From NCBI GenBank assembly GCA_964106915.2, contig OZ066923.1: a stretch of DNA of 64,000 nt, one strand, 5' to 3'. Source of the stretch: Podarcis gaigeae (taxonomy: Eukaryota). How positions within the stretch are numbered: position 1 is the first letter of the stretch; each line of letters opens with the position of its first letter. Shown piece by piece: positions 38,276-51,400 of the stretch. The notes beneath the pieces are model-generated. The model was not told where the DNA came from. It saw nothing but the letters and a program-made list of their open reading frames with translations, and made no database searches. Position numbers and translations under genes: made by a program.

Positions 38276-38996
38276 ATATTCTGCTTTGGTCCAACCCAAC
38301 TAGTTTCTCTTAAGATAGTCAGGGCAGAGATAGCTAATGTGAATCTGTATGGCCCCATTCTCCCCCTCGATGTCGGAGAATGGCAGGGCTCTGAAGAGTG
38401 TGTGGCAGAGGCAGGGGACCGACCCAGGAGAGGGGACCAGCGATTTACATTGTGCCAAACCAGCTCCCCCATTCCCAAAGTAGTCATTCCCCGCCTTGTT
38501 CCAAATGTATATTGTCAATGACTCCTTCTTCCCTGGCGAAGTGTGTATGCCATTGTGTGGTTTGCCTTAGGTGCCAAAATGTCTTGGGCTGGCCTCAAAT
38601 GCATGGGACAGTGATGCAAATCACAAGCACACACAGAGAGGGAGACAATCTTTGTCAGAAAATGCCTTATTTTCTGTCACCACCTTGGTGACTTGTTACT
38701 GGTTATTAGAGCTGAGAGGTTTATTATTTTATTTTTGTAAGTAATTCTATATCAGTTTGTAGGACAAAGCCCTCCCTAAATAATGTGCCTAAAAGGAATA
38801 GTACTACAAACATTAAACACACCAGTCGGTGTACACTTACTGTGATAAATTTGCTTTGATAAAGTTATTTGCTATGATAAAGTTATTAACATGACAGCAG
38901 TGACGTTTTCAAGGTCCTCTTCAAAATTCTGTACTGAACGGCCCAAGTGCAGGCCACTTAGAAAGAAAGTTTCAAAACTATGAGGCCATCAATTTA

Positions 38997-39238
38997 CAGT
39001 GGTACCTCGGGTTACATACGCTTCAGGTTACAGACACTTCAGGTTACAGACTCCGCTAACCCAGAAATAGTGCTTCAGGTTAAGAACTTTGCTTCAGGAT
39101 GAGAACAGAAATCGGGCTCCAGCAGCACGGCAGCAGCAGGAAGCCCCATTAGCTAAAGTGGTGCTTCAGATTAAGAACAGTTTCAGGTTAAGAACGGACC
39201 TCTGGAACGAATTAAGTACTTAACCCGAGGTACCACTG
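38997..39238. mobile_element. Tc1/mariner (pogo/Tigger-like) MITE
   Basis: TIRs CAGTGGTACCTCGGGTTA / TAACCCGAGGTACCACTG, TA TSD; same family as 60295-60893. Confidence 0.9.
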
Positions 39239-40356
39239 TATTAACATTGTGCTCTCAACTGTTCTTTGATTTTTAGATAATAATAGCTATGCTTATTGCT
39301 CAGCCTTCTCTAGATTGTTAGATTGCTGCACATGGATTTTTAAGATCACTGCTTTACTACTGAGGTTAAGCAATGAATCATACAATTTATCGTTCAGTTT
39401 GATTTGCCTGAAGAGATTAAAACAGCATTCTAGCCAAGGATCACAGATCCACTGGTTTTTGTTTTTTTGTTTTTTTAAAAAAGCAGATTCCTGCTCTAAC
39501 AAAGTAAAGATATAAAACGCTAACCATTTTTAAAATCCTTATGAGTTGCCCAAGCAATTCAATGAATTCCTGACAAGAGTAAAAGGAAAACATCAATCAT
39601 TATTGGTGGAGAATAAAGGGTGGAGGGAGGCAAAGCTTCCAATAACCTTGCTTTTATCACAGAGGCCATTTTTCACAAGCTATGGGCTTGACAGTTTTCC
39701 ATGGTTAAAAGAAAATCATATTTCAATCCTGATGGTTGAAACATTAATATCTCATTACAACCAACTGGGATCATCTTGTAGAACAGCAGTGGGGGGAAAT
39801 ACAAAGCAAGGTATAAATAACACCTCCAATTTTTATAGTTGATGGGTACTATATCTGCTACCTATTAGACTCTCAAGTTTTAAAATGCTCACATTCACTG
39901 TTGTAGCATAGTGATCTGACATAGATAGTAAAGAATTAAAGGAATATAGAACCAACATTCCACTAGAATGGAGTTCTGTGAACGTATGACCTTCCATATG
40001 CACAATGGCCATCAGCTCTGACCATTGGCCACATGGGCCAGGGCTAATGGAAGTTAGAGCCCATCAGCATCTAGAGGGCCAGAGGTTCACCCGTGACTGC
40101 AACTAGATCTTGCTCTACTACCAGTGGCCCGATGTTGAAAGCGGCACTGGTAGCAAAGGGACTAGGAGCAGCATCAGTTTCACCCACAATATACTGCTGG
40201 AGTGAAGCCGCCATCACAGTCTGTCCCTCATAGCAGTCCTGGGTGATGTATCGATACATCGCCCAGGCCTAGAAGGGACCCCAAGCATCATATAGTCCAA
40301 GCCCCTGCAATGCAAGAATCTCGACTAAAGCATCAATGACAGATGGATAATAATAT

Positions 40357-40415
40357 GAAGAAGAAGAAGAAGAAGAAGAAGAAGAAGAAGAAGAAGAAGA
40401 AGAAGAAGAAGAAGA
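40357..40415. repeat. (GAA)n microsatellite
   Basis: About 19 perfect units. Confidence 0.95.
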
Positions 40416-43400
40416 GGATTGATAATAATATTGACCTACCTAGCAGGATTGCTGCTAAACTTGATAATGTCCATAGAACATTTTGCTTATAATAAGACAA
40501 CTAAAAAAAAACCCCAAACCCTATGTTTTGCATGACAATAACAGTGATACTCAATTTTTAAAAAACAACATGCAAAAACCATGCAAAGTATTAAGAGGTG
40601 CATGCCAATTCAACCAAAACATGGTGTTTGTAATATTTAATGAAGATTATTAGGGGTAGGTACCAATGTAAGGTATTTCTTTTTACCCCTGGCATTTCAA
40701 AGGCTTACTGCTACAGCAAGATATAAAAGTGGTCATTACTAAAATATGCTTTAGAAACACACACGCTAGTATTAGAGGTGATTGTTTGCAGCAAGGACTT
40801 TCCTTAAGCTATAAGTAAATCTCTTGCTTCTATTCTTCAATCTTTTCCATAACCTCTGGGGCACAATGTCTTCTCTAATCTTCTTGGTATGGTTTATTAA
40901 CCTCCCATTTCTTTGTTCTCAGTGGATCCAGCACTGTTTCCGCTGCTAGCATTTGATTGCAAGTCTTTACTCCAACGTACAACATCCACTTTAGATTCAT
41001 TTTTCAGATCTGCAGCCCTCTTTCATTTTGGCATCAGTAACATCTTCACAGCCTGTAAGCACTCCTCAGCTGAAAATATATTCCATCTCTTCAGCAGCCC
41101 AAAGTAGTATTACGTATTCTTACTCGGTGGAATTGCACAAGAATTAATTTAGTCTACCAGCTCTGTTCTTTCTTTCTTACTTTTTTTTTTTCCTTTGTGG
41201 GGAAGATCATAGAAAGTTATTCGGTTCTTCGGTTCCCATAACATGAGGGACTGATAATAGTAATTAAATATCAGCCTTTGATTAAATGAGTACATCTGAA
41301 GACTGTTAACACTGTGTTATCATTAACACCTTAATTTTTGGGTACATTCAGAAACCCACAAGAGCACTCCTCCTGTGGTTTCAAGCAACTAGTTTTCAGA
41401 AACATAATGTCTCTAACCTCGAAGGCAGAGAATGGCCACTATGTCTAGTAGCCAATCAGAAACACTACCTCTGCAATCTTTATAATGCATATACCCTTAT
41501 AATTCTTTCTTAAAAGTCTTCACTCATACCTCTTGCTATTTCTCTCAATTTGGACCAGGATTGTCCGAGTAAAGTACATAAGCTACCTGCCATGCCACAC
41601 AAGTCACAGATGCTCGTGTGGACTTACAAATAGGCTTTCATTTAAGAAGAGCTCTAGGTGCCTCTTGCTTGCAACAAAATCTTCCCTGTGCTAAACAGAA
41701 TATAATGAAAGTACTGATGTCATTGCCCAGAAAACAGAATTTGTATGTGTTAAGCCAACTTCTCCTACGATGTACTAAAAGCAACAACCCTATAACAAGC
41801 AGTCTCACACTAGGTTGTGGATTGCAGATATTCAGGAAGATTACCAAAGATCAGAAAGCAATGTTCCCTGGACCCTCACTGGAATCCTGTAACAACATGC
41901 CCTCAAAAGCTTTCTGACCTCAAACAACTTTCTCCTTGAGACACACCTTTTCATTTAATTTTTTGTAGTACAAACCCATTTCAGTTGAGGCAAACCTTGA
42001 ACCTTGCATGGTTATCTGCCTTTTGTTAGTTTTAACATTTTCACCCCCAGAAGCACACCAGGCAAAATCTAAGAAATGTTATGCCCTCCAAATCCATTTC
42101 ACGAATGCGTAGCCGTGATTTCCTTCTATGTCCTCTATGAAAGAGTTTATGAGGCATTGCATGCAAGGAGTGGGGGTGAACCCTGAAACCAGACATGGAT
42201 TATTCATTTGTATTATTCACCTAATGGATTAAATGAAAAAAGAAATTTAAAAGGCATACATTCTCTCTCTCTCATTAAACCCTGTTTTTGCTTCATTTTA
42301 AAAACTTGTCTATCCCTTTTCAAATGAAATTCCTTTTTGTCTTCCCTCCAACCTCAATTATCACTTCTCAGTAATAATCCTCACCCAAGTGGCCTAGATC
42401 TTCTTTTACCCTTTTGTACTAACATCATATTCTTCATAATTTGATGCACAAACTCATACTTTTACCCTCCAATCCCTATTTGTCAGGTTTTTCAGACAAC
42501 CTGAACCCTTTAACCGCATAACCACTCCATCCTCCACAATCTTCCTTTCTTATATTTCTCTGCTTGGCTCTGCCAATATGAAGAATCCCTGTTTTATTTT
42601 TCATTAAATAAACCTGCTACTTTATTTTCCTTTGTCTGGGTAAACTGTCACCTCTAATCTCATTTTCCTTTCTCTAAGTATATCTAAGGGTTTCTATTTG
42701 ATTAATTTGTCTTAAGGCCCTCGGCCTGCATAGCTCTTTCAGTGGAAATTATTAGTATGGTATCATTTAAAGCCCCAATAACTCATGTTTTAGTCAGTAA
42801 AGAGAACTTTCTGACCCACAGATTTATTATGCATATACAGTATAGCACATAACACTGGTATACTAATCTATTGCTAGAAGTCTGCATTTTTTCTTAACAA
42901 TGACATTTCATGAGAATCAAGTGCAATGCAATGTCCTCCTTTGCAAGCAAAGGCTTTTCTGTGGCCAACGTGCGCACAAACAAACCTGACCCTACAAAAT
43001 TTCATCTTCTTTCAATATACCACAGACCCTTTAGATCTCAGGTGAAAAGTGACAATTTCTGCATTGCTACCTACCACTTGCTATAACACAAAATATAACT
43101 ATTATAGCCACAGGCTATAAGAATCTGTAAATGTATTTCCTCTTCGATATACCCTGGAGACATTCCAACATGGTTGTTTTGTTTTCGTTTTTTGTTTTTT
43201 ATTGGCTTAGGGACAGATTCTGCTGAGCTATGTTGTGGCAGCGGCATCTCTCTTTTCACAGAAGTCAAAAGGTGCCCATCTCTCTGCCTCTGCCAAAACA
43301 CTTCCAACTGCCAGGCCTCAGCAAATAATTGTGTGAGCTTCAGCAGGTCGAATGAATCCCCAATACCCATGGGATGCTTCAAAAAGTTGCCAGATGGGAT

Positions 43401-43893
43401 CCTTCCTCCTCCTAAAGGAAACAGGAGAAGGTATCCAGTTCCTCAGCACTACACACAAAATACAAACTGCAGCATTTTACCTGTGCAATGCAATAAGCCC
43501 GATTTGGCATTTAGGTTTCACATAACAAGGTCTGAAATGGCTAAACAACATAAGCCTGATTTTGTGGCTCCCTGCCAACTCATCTTTTAATCAGAACTGT
43601 AACCCGAGGCTTTTCGGGTTGAATAGATATGCCTAATGTTTCCTTGTGGATGACTAGACTGGAGATTCTAGAATCAGGATAAGAAGGAGAATGAAAGTGA
43701 ACATTTATCTCTTCCAGTGTCAGTGAAGTTGCATTTTCAAGACAACTTTATTGAAATCTAATTTGGTACTTCTTTCTCTGCTTTGCCCATTTTTTTAAAA
43801 AATCCCAAATGGCACAATGTAGCTGAGCATATTTATAGCTATTACCACAACAACAGAGTGCAGACTACATATGCATAGTTTCATACTGTAATA

Positions 43894-43935
<42 letters not shown>
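43894..43935. repeat. (TTA)n microsatellite, tail of a minus-strand LINE 3' remnant
   Basis: Seen directly; adjacent CCCTTCATCCGAAGATCACAGGGCAG resembles LINE-tail remnants at 1705-1770 and 31720-31775. Confidence 0.85.
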
Positions 43936-43936
<1 letters not shown>

Positions 43937-44563
43937 CTCCCCTTCATCCGAAGATCACAGGGCAGTTAACAATATAAAAACAAAAAAAAACTGTATACAT
44001 TTAAAACAAAAGCATTAGATAAAGAGTGCCTTAGTGCTGAATTTTACTTAGAATAATAAAAAAGAGTATTTAGAATGCTCTAGACAGTTGAAAGAGAACA
44101 TGTGTTAGGAGAAATTATTTGCTATGATTACATGCATTTCTATAATACAGAAGTTTTGGGTTCTCTGAGAAATAAAAGTATTAAATCCAAATACGTGATT
44201 TGAGAGCTCTTACACAGAATTTTTTAATATGCAGTATTGCTGGAAATGTGTTATTAAGTAGACTTCGGTTGGTCTCCCAGATAAGCTCAGATAATTACAC
44301 ACTAATTTGCAAATTGTATACATGTTAATTAAAATCTATGAAGGATTTAATAGTTGAATGTCATATCTTTGTCAAGATAGGAACAATATTAAAGAAAAAG
44401 TTACAAAGCACTGATAATAGCATTATTCTGTGACTCAGTTTAACAGCCCTATTACCTATGTACACTGACATTTTAAGACAAGTTTGCCTTAAGTTGACAA
44501 TTACCTGCATTCAGTAGAGGAGGATGGAACAAAAAGTAGGATCCTCTTCAAAGAGGGTAACTG

Positions 44564-45320
44564 TTGCGCTCAGACCCCTGAACATTCCTACCTCCCGGTG
44601 TGGGCGGGGCTTAGCCCTGCTCCACTCTGGTTGGTCATTTCATGGATGCTTGGACCCTAAAGCCAATAGCTTGGCTTGGGTGGTGTCTGGAAAATGCTTT
44701 TAAACCCTGCATGTCGTTTGCTGGACCTCTTTGCCTTCGCGCAGCAGATCACCCACCCATCCCACCCCTTTAGTTGGTGTGTTTGGCCTTGCTATGGACT
44801 TTGTTGGTCGCCTGCTTTGTAACAGGGGCCTGGTAGGAATTTTTCCATTTGGCAAATTGGCAGGGCCATTTGGTTTTCGCCTATCACGTAGCAAGCGTCA
44901 CAACTTTGTAAGGTTAGGCGGTTAGGCATGGGATCAGCATTGTGTGGGGAGGGGAGGTGTGGCCATCACCTGCCCCTCCAAGGTCAAAGGTATTCCATTA
45001 AGGGAATCCAGGGTTTGGCCTGATTTTTGTCCGAACCCCCGTGGTAGGGGCTAGGGCCATACCAGTACCCCACAGGGACACCGGGGGTGAGCTTGAGTTG
45101 GTTGCCACCGGCCAGGCTCCCTCTGGCGGTGTTTCATCCTTTATCAGATTCCCCACGAAAGTGGGTGTGAGTCTGATATAGTTTGGATATTCCAGTGCCT
45201 AAGCCAATACCACTCACATTCTGTGTTTAATAAAGTTGTAGTCTAAATTTTGCCCAATAACAAAAATTCCATGTCACCGTGTCTTTACTTTCTGGGATGG
45301 TTGGGTGTCTCAAAGCACAA
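44564..45320 (+). mobile_element. LTR-like or DIRS/Ngaro-like non-autonomous element
   Basis: GC-enriched block with GC box, CCAAT, TATA-like TTTTAAA, AATAAAGTTGT and imperfect inverted ends (TTGCGCTCAGACCCC / GGGTGTCTCAAAGCACAA). Confidence 0.45.
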
Positions 45321-46539
45321 TACTATCTTACTACCCTTGAGAATGTTGCCACCTTTCTATATGACTGTATGTAGCAGTGAATGGCACTATTTTTATTTTA
45401 CATTGTGGTTTATAATGTGCAGGACCCTAATAAAACCTGAGAAATTTTTGTAGCTTGGTGTAATAGCCCAACATATGACCATCTTTTTATATTCAGATCA
45501 GGTTAAATTGAAAAAAGTGCACAAAATATTATGCATTGCACTTTATGCAATTCACCTACAAATAGATTCCCTTTTTTATTTCAGAATTTTCTAGAAGGTG
45601 ATTATGGTGAAGGAGCTTAGTTTCTACTCTGCTATGGCCAGGAAAACCTTGATTCCTTTCCCTCATCTCTGATTTAATGTGGGTAACCCACTTGTGTTTA
45701 ATGAATTTGATGTTTACATAAATGTATGTGTTAAATCTACATTTATGCTTATCAGTTGCTTAACCTTTACTATGGGCAACTTCCCCTGAACAGCTTTTAT
45801 TTGGCACATTCCAATAATCTAATAAATCAGGAGCCACATTTCAAACAGTTAAGCTTGCAGATATGCAGACATCCCAGCATAGAAAGGGATGAAAGGCAAC
45901 AAATTTTCAAAAGAAATTGTGAACTCAAATCTGCAAAAGAAAGTTGGGATGGGGAGGTATTGTAGCTGATCAGTTTCATGCATTCTTTAAAAATAGAATT
46001 CAAATTCCCTGAAAAAGACATGATATTTGACTCTATTGTGAGACACGTGCTTGAGAATCTACCATCTCAGCACTAGCAACTCTGCGGATGAACTGGACAT
46101 GCAGTTTCTTGAATAAGGGGTGGTAATTATTCATTCCATTCCATGGCTTAGAAAGATATGAGACTGACTTATCTGTCACAACATGAAAAGATTACTGCTT
46201 ATAATATTCTTCTTAGCTTGGTTTCTTTCATTTTCTAAACTAAACTGTTCAATTGCAGACACTTGTTTCTGATAATATTGCTACTGCCAGTTTTAGGGAC
46301 AGTGAAAAACTAAAGAAGGGAAAATTTACAACCAAATCAGTAGGGGTTCCCTTCACTACAATGGATAGTATGTGTTAGCTGAGTTTAGAATGAGTACAGT
46401 ATTTCCAGCTTTAACCATGAATAAAATGTTGTGTTGTGAACATCCTATGAACCAATATAACCAAACTGGTTGCTTGTTTTCCTTTTTACCCTATCTAAAT
46501 CATCCAAAAGACCACAAAGAGAAACTGGGCTATATCTGC

Positions 46540-46880
46540 AGTCATTTGAAGTTGCAAAATGAATTCAAAATGGAATAGGTACAAAGGAGAGCAACTAAGA
46601 TGTTCACAGAAATGAAGAATCTATTTTGTGAGCCTGGCAAAAGAAGTCTAGGAAGCAATATAGCAGTACTCTACAAATATATCAGAGGGGAATCATGCTG
46701 AAGAGGAAGATATATTATTTAGATTTTTTTAAAGCTCTGGCTAGAAGCAGAAATGGTCATCAGTCAATTTAGGGTTGAGATTTAAGAGATACTAAACTAC
46801 TATATACTCTCCTTGTAACAGATGAGGGAGCAAAATTCTTGTTGCTGTGAAAATCAAGATGGTTAAATACATAAAGAATA
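46540..46880 (+). mobile_element. Old CR1 LINE fragment
   Basis: Degenerate VQRRATKM...YKYI motif. Confidence 0.5.
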
Positions 46881-47300
46881 ATCCCATGGAATGAATGTAT
46901 AGGAGAAATTCATAATTTTATCTGGAAGGATAAAAAGTTGAGGATAAAATTAAATATGCTGTTTATCCATAAAGAGAAAGGAGGTATTTCTTTTCCTAAC
47001 GTAATAGCCTACCTTTTTGCAAACTGTTGTTGTGTACACCTGCCTATGCCTTAATGGGAATGTATGTTCATGCAACAACCATCAAATTGGATGGGGGGGT
47101 CCATCAATGAACAATAGCTAAAAATATAGCCTGATGGATTCTCAGGTAAATAATGCATGTCCAGGGCAAAGTAAATACTGTAGAAAATGGTATGTGTATA
47201 ACAACAAATCATAAAACAAGTGCCCAGTGCTGTATCATTTTGCTTTCATCTCATGGAAACCATGCAACTCACTCTTAAATTAAGTTCACTGAATGGATTC

Positions 47301-47547
47301 TGTTAAGTTGTGGGTGAACATATCAGACGACACAGCGATTCTTCAAACAGCTCTTGTTTATTCACAGGCCAGAACAGAACTGAACTGAAGGGTTCAGTCA
47401 GCCTGCTTATATAGAGCTCCAGTACAATGTAACTGTAACAATTTTCTAAAACTATCCAATCACTGAACGTCACTTTCGATCCCTTATTTGCATAACTATC
47501 TACAGTATCCCCCTGCTGACCCAGGGTGAGAACTTCAGTACATAACA
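47301..47547 (-). mobile_element. Solo LTR (247 bp), family different from the adjacent copia
   Basis: TGTTA...TAACA termini; 5-bp TSD GATTC (47296-47300, 47548-47552); minus-strand TATATAA and AATAAA; octamer ATTTGCAT and CCAAT. Confidence 0.88.
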
Positions 47548-47559
47548 GATTCCATTTCA

Positions 47560-47850
47560 TGAGAACATAAGAATAGCCTGCTGGATGAGTCCCATGGCCA
47601 AACTAGTCCAGCATTTTCACAGTGGCCAATTAGGGAAACCAGCCTGTGGTAAACCAGGGAGTAGAGCATGAGCACCAAAGCACTCTCTCCTCTTGTGGCT
47701 TCTAGAAACTGGCATTTGGTGGCATTGCTGTCTCCAGCTGTGGATTTAGAGCACAGCCATCATGGCTGGTAGCAACTGATAGCCCTCTCCTTCATGAATT
47801 TGTCTAAACCTCTTTTAAAGCCATCCAAGTTGGTGGCCATCAGTGCCTCC
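47560..47850 (-). mobile_element. CR1 LINE 3' fragment
   Basis: AGAACATAAGAATAGCCTGCTGGAT...TTTTAAAGCCATCCAAGTTGGTGGCCATCA. Confidence 0.7.
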
Positions 47851-48062
47851 TAGAGGAGGGAAAATAAGTTAGATGGCTGATTTTGGAAAGGGGTGTATTA
47901 AAAAGAAAAAATAATGCTTGCTGAGGAACAAGTAGTTTTTCAGTTGATCAAGAAATTGGTGGCAAATGTAGCACAGCGTGCACATAGACAGAGGATAACT
48001 AAAAAGGTCATTTTTGTGGTTTGTAAAAGGAGCCATGTGGACAAGAATACTTCAGTGGTCCC

Positions 48063-48365
48063 TGTTGTTTTTGCAGAGTCTTTTACGCAGTGGAATGATG
48101 AGCAGTACGTGCCACATACTTTACTTTACTTTATTTACACTTCAATGCTAAGAGCTTACAAACAAGCATCTTGCCTCTGCGTGAGCAGAGAAAACATCCA
48201 CTCTCCTCTGAAGCATGGAGAGAACAGAGAAAAACAGGAAACCAGTGTACGTCACATCCAGTCTCCTTTCCCGTGAGAAACTCCAACAGCAACTCTGACT
48301 GTGGAATGTAAACATTGTCTTGTGACAAGCATTTCGCTGCACAGTGAAGAGAGCAGAAACCAACA
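48063..48365 (-). repeat. Copia 3' LTR (303 bp)
   Basis: Differs from the 5' LTR by 2 substitutions and (CTTTA)3 versus (CTTTA)5. Confidence 0.95.
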
Positions 48366-48379
48366 TCCTCCCCCTTTCT
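48366..48379 (-). other. Polypurine tract
   Basis: Minus strand AGAAAGGGGGAGGA abutting the 3' LTR. Confidence 0.9.
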
Positions 48380-48412
48380 GTGAACATCACTGGGCAGCGT
48401 GTTCGTACAATA

Positions 48413-51400
48413 TCAGTACAAACCCAACTTCTGCACATAGGTACAGTGTTGATCCCTTGATACAATCTTGGACAATACATCAGCAGGAATTTCATTACCT
48501 GGCATATAGGACACCGTTACGAGTCCCTTCTGAATACCTTCCCTAGCATGTTGCAACTTCAATTGCAAGTGCTTCGTGCTTTGCTTACAACCTTCAGAAT
48601 TCAGCAAAGCCAAACATGCTTTGTTGTCCTGGTAAACCTGGATTGGACATTTAACAGGAATGTTCATGTCTTTGCACAATTGTAACAACCATTCACAATC
48701 TTTAAGTGAATAAGACAGTACATTCAGTTCAGCTTCACAAGTACTTAAGCTAACTGTTGTTTGCTTCTTGCATGACCAATCAAATAGACCCTGATTGTAC
48801 ATGTAGCAAATTCCAGACGTACTTTTCCTGTCTGTAGTGTCACTTCCAAAACTTGCATCTGCAAATATCTCAAGACCACCAGACTTCTGATTGTTAAATC
48901 TCAGTCTGTAATGCATAGTGCCTTTCAAATACCGCGCTATGCATTTCAGAGCTTTCCAATCCTTAACAGTAGGATTGTTGACTTGTCTGCTTAGCAAATT
49001 ACAGCTAACAGCAATGTCAGGTCTTGAACATCTGGCAATGAAGTTTAGCTTGCCTAGCACACTTCTGTACAGTGTAGTGTCAGAAAATGCTTCTTCAGTG
49101 TCATCTACCTGATAACCTGTTGTCATCGGTGTGTCTACAGGGTTAGCATCCATCAGGTTTAGTTTGCTTAACACATCAGCAATTTTCCGTGACTGGTGTA
49201 CTAGAATGTTACCATCTTGATCTGTCTCTATTTCCAGAGATAGGTAGCTGTTTACCTCACCAAGATCTTTCATGTCAAAGTGCTCTTTCAATTGAGCTAG
49301 GGCATTATTGTACATTGTGACATCTTTCCAAAATAACAGAATATCATCAACATAAAACAAGCAATACAGCTTCTTTTGCCCCTCCTCTTTGACAAATACA
49401 CATGGATCAGCTTTCCCTTGCTGAAAACCTAGAGAAAACAATACTTCAGTGAGTTTTGTGTGCCAACACCGTGCACTTTGTTTGAGACCATAAAGGGACT
49501 TCTTCAGAGCACAAACAAATCCCTGTTTTACCTGTACACCATCAGGTGGAAGCATATAAAGTGATTCACCTAGAGATCCGTACAGAAAAGCTGTATTCAC
49601 ATCATGTATCCACATCATGGACTAATGTGAAGATTCTCCTCTGCAGCTAGCTTGAGCATAAGCCTAATGCTCTCATACCTCACTGTGGGTGAGTAGGTCT
49701 CGTGATAGTCTTCACCTGGTACCTGTGCAAAACCTCTGGCTACCAATCTGGCTTTGTGTCTGACTATCTTGCCATTTTGATCTGTCTTCGCTTTGAAGAC
49801 CCATTTGCTTCCAAGCAGTTTCATTCCTGGAACTACTGGAACAAGCTCCCATGTTTTGTTCCTTTCTAAGGAATCAAGCTCAGCCTTCATGGCATTTAAC
49901 CATGGCTCAGCTTCCTTTGAATCCAAATCCTGGATTTCTTGGAAACTTGAAGGTTCAAATACCTTCTTGGAGCTTTTAACAGCTGTTATTGCTATCTTAG
50001 CAAATTCATCAGCAAATCTCTTTGGAGGTCTGCCTTTTGTGGCTCTTTGTGACCTACGAATTAGCCTTAAGTCTTCAACACTCTCCTCTTCCTTCTTGGG
50101 AGAAAAGTGACCTATTGTGAACAATGGTTCTTCCAACTCTTGATCAGAGCTTTCAGAGGGTCGCATAGAGGCTTTCGCACTCTTGAAATCCTCTGAATCA
50201 TCCGATTCAGTTTCAGACTCAGAATCAGAACCTTCATCAGTGGGTGTGGGTTGTTGCGGCTGCTTTTGCTGTTGACTATCCTCAGTCTCATCACTGTCAT
50301 CAGGATAACATTGGAAAATTCCCACATTCTCCCCCCACTTGGCATTGTACTCAACACTTCTTGTGAGCTTAATTGTCTTAGAGTCAGTCATCATTATTCT
50401 GTAAGACCCTTTCTGATAACCTAGAAAGATACCATGCAAACCACGCTTGTCTAACTTGGAGCTTTGTGGTGAGTGAACCCACATGTCAGAACCAAAAATT
50501 TTCATGTGTTTGATGTATGGCTTCTTGCCAAACATCTTCTCATAGGGGGTACAACCAATCGCTGAAGATAACCTCCGATTATAACTGTAAACAAAACACG
50601 AGAGAGATTCGGCCCAATAACACTCTGGAAGATTTGCATCATGCAGCAAGGTTTTTAACCCTTGAAGCAATGTTTGATTTGCCCTCTCGCACAGTCCATT
50701 CTGCCATGGCGAGCGAGGACTAGACAAATCGAGTTGAATTCCTTTCTCAGTCAGAAAAGCTTCAAACTGCTGAGAAGTGAATTCCCCCCCCCCCCGCGTT
50801 CAGTGAAAAGAGTCTTTATCTTCTTACCATGCACATTTTCCAACCAAGCACAGAATTCCTTGAACCTTGGAAAAGCCTCTGATTTCTGCTTGAGATTATA
50901 CACATAAATATACCTGGAAAATGCATCAATGAGAACCATGAAGTACTTGTTTCCACTCAAAGAGGGCGCTAGTGGTCCAACCAAATCAGCATGAACAACC
51001 TGGTATGGTTCTGTAGCTTGCCTACTAGACACCTTACCTTTCGCAGCCATTTTCACCTTGTTTGCTGCGCATGCCTTGCACTTCATGTGGTACCTGCAGG
51101 GTTTAATAGTCATACCTTCAACCAAGGCAGGCATTTTAGATACTGCCTCAAAATGCAAATGACCAAATTTCCGGTGAAAATCATGAATACATCCTGCATG
51201 CAAACTTTTGTTAGAACCTGCAATGCAACAAGTTTCATCCTGCACAACATCATCAAAATACAAAACAAACGATCAACATATTCAGCATGCAATACATAAT
51301 CATTTTTCTTTGTGATGATGCATTTCTTGTTCTTGAAGGTAACGTCAATGTTCTGTTCATTCAGCTGCGCAACGCTGAGTAGATTATGTTTGGCATCTGG

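Noticed and set aside
40800-41200. Possible conserved non-coding element or exon (also 13490-13700 and 20360-20510)
   Set aside because: Repeat-free and complex, but conservation cannot be judged without alignments
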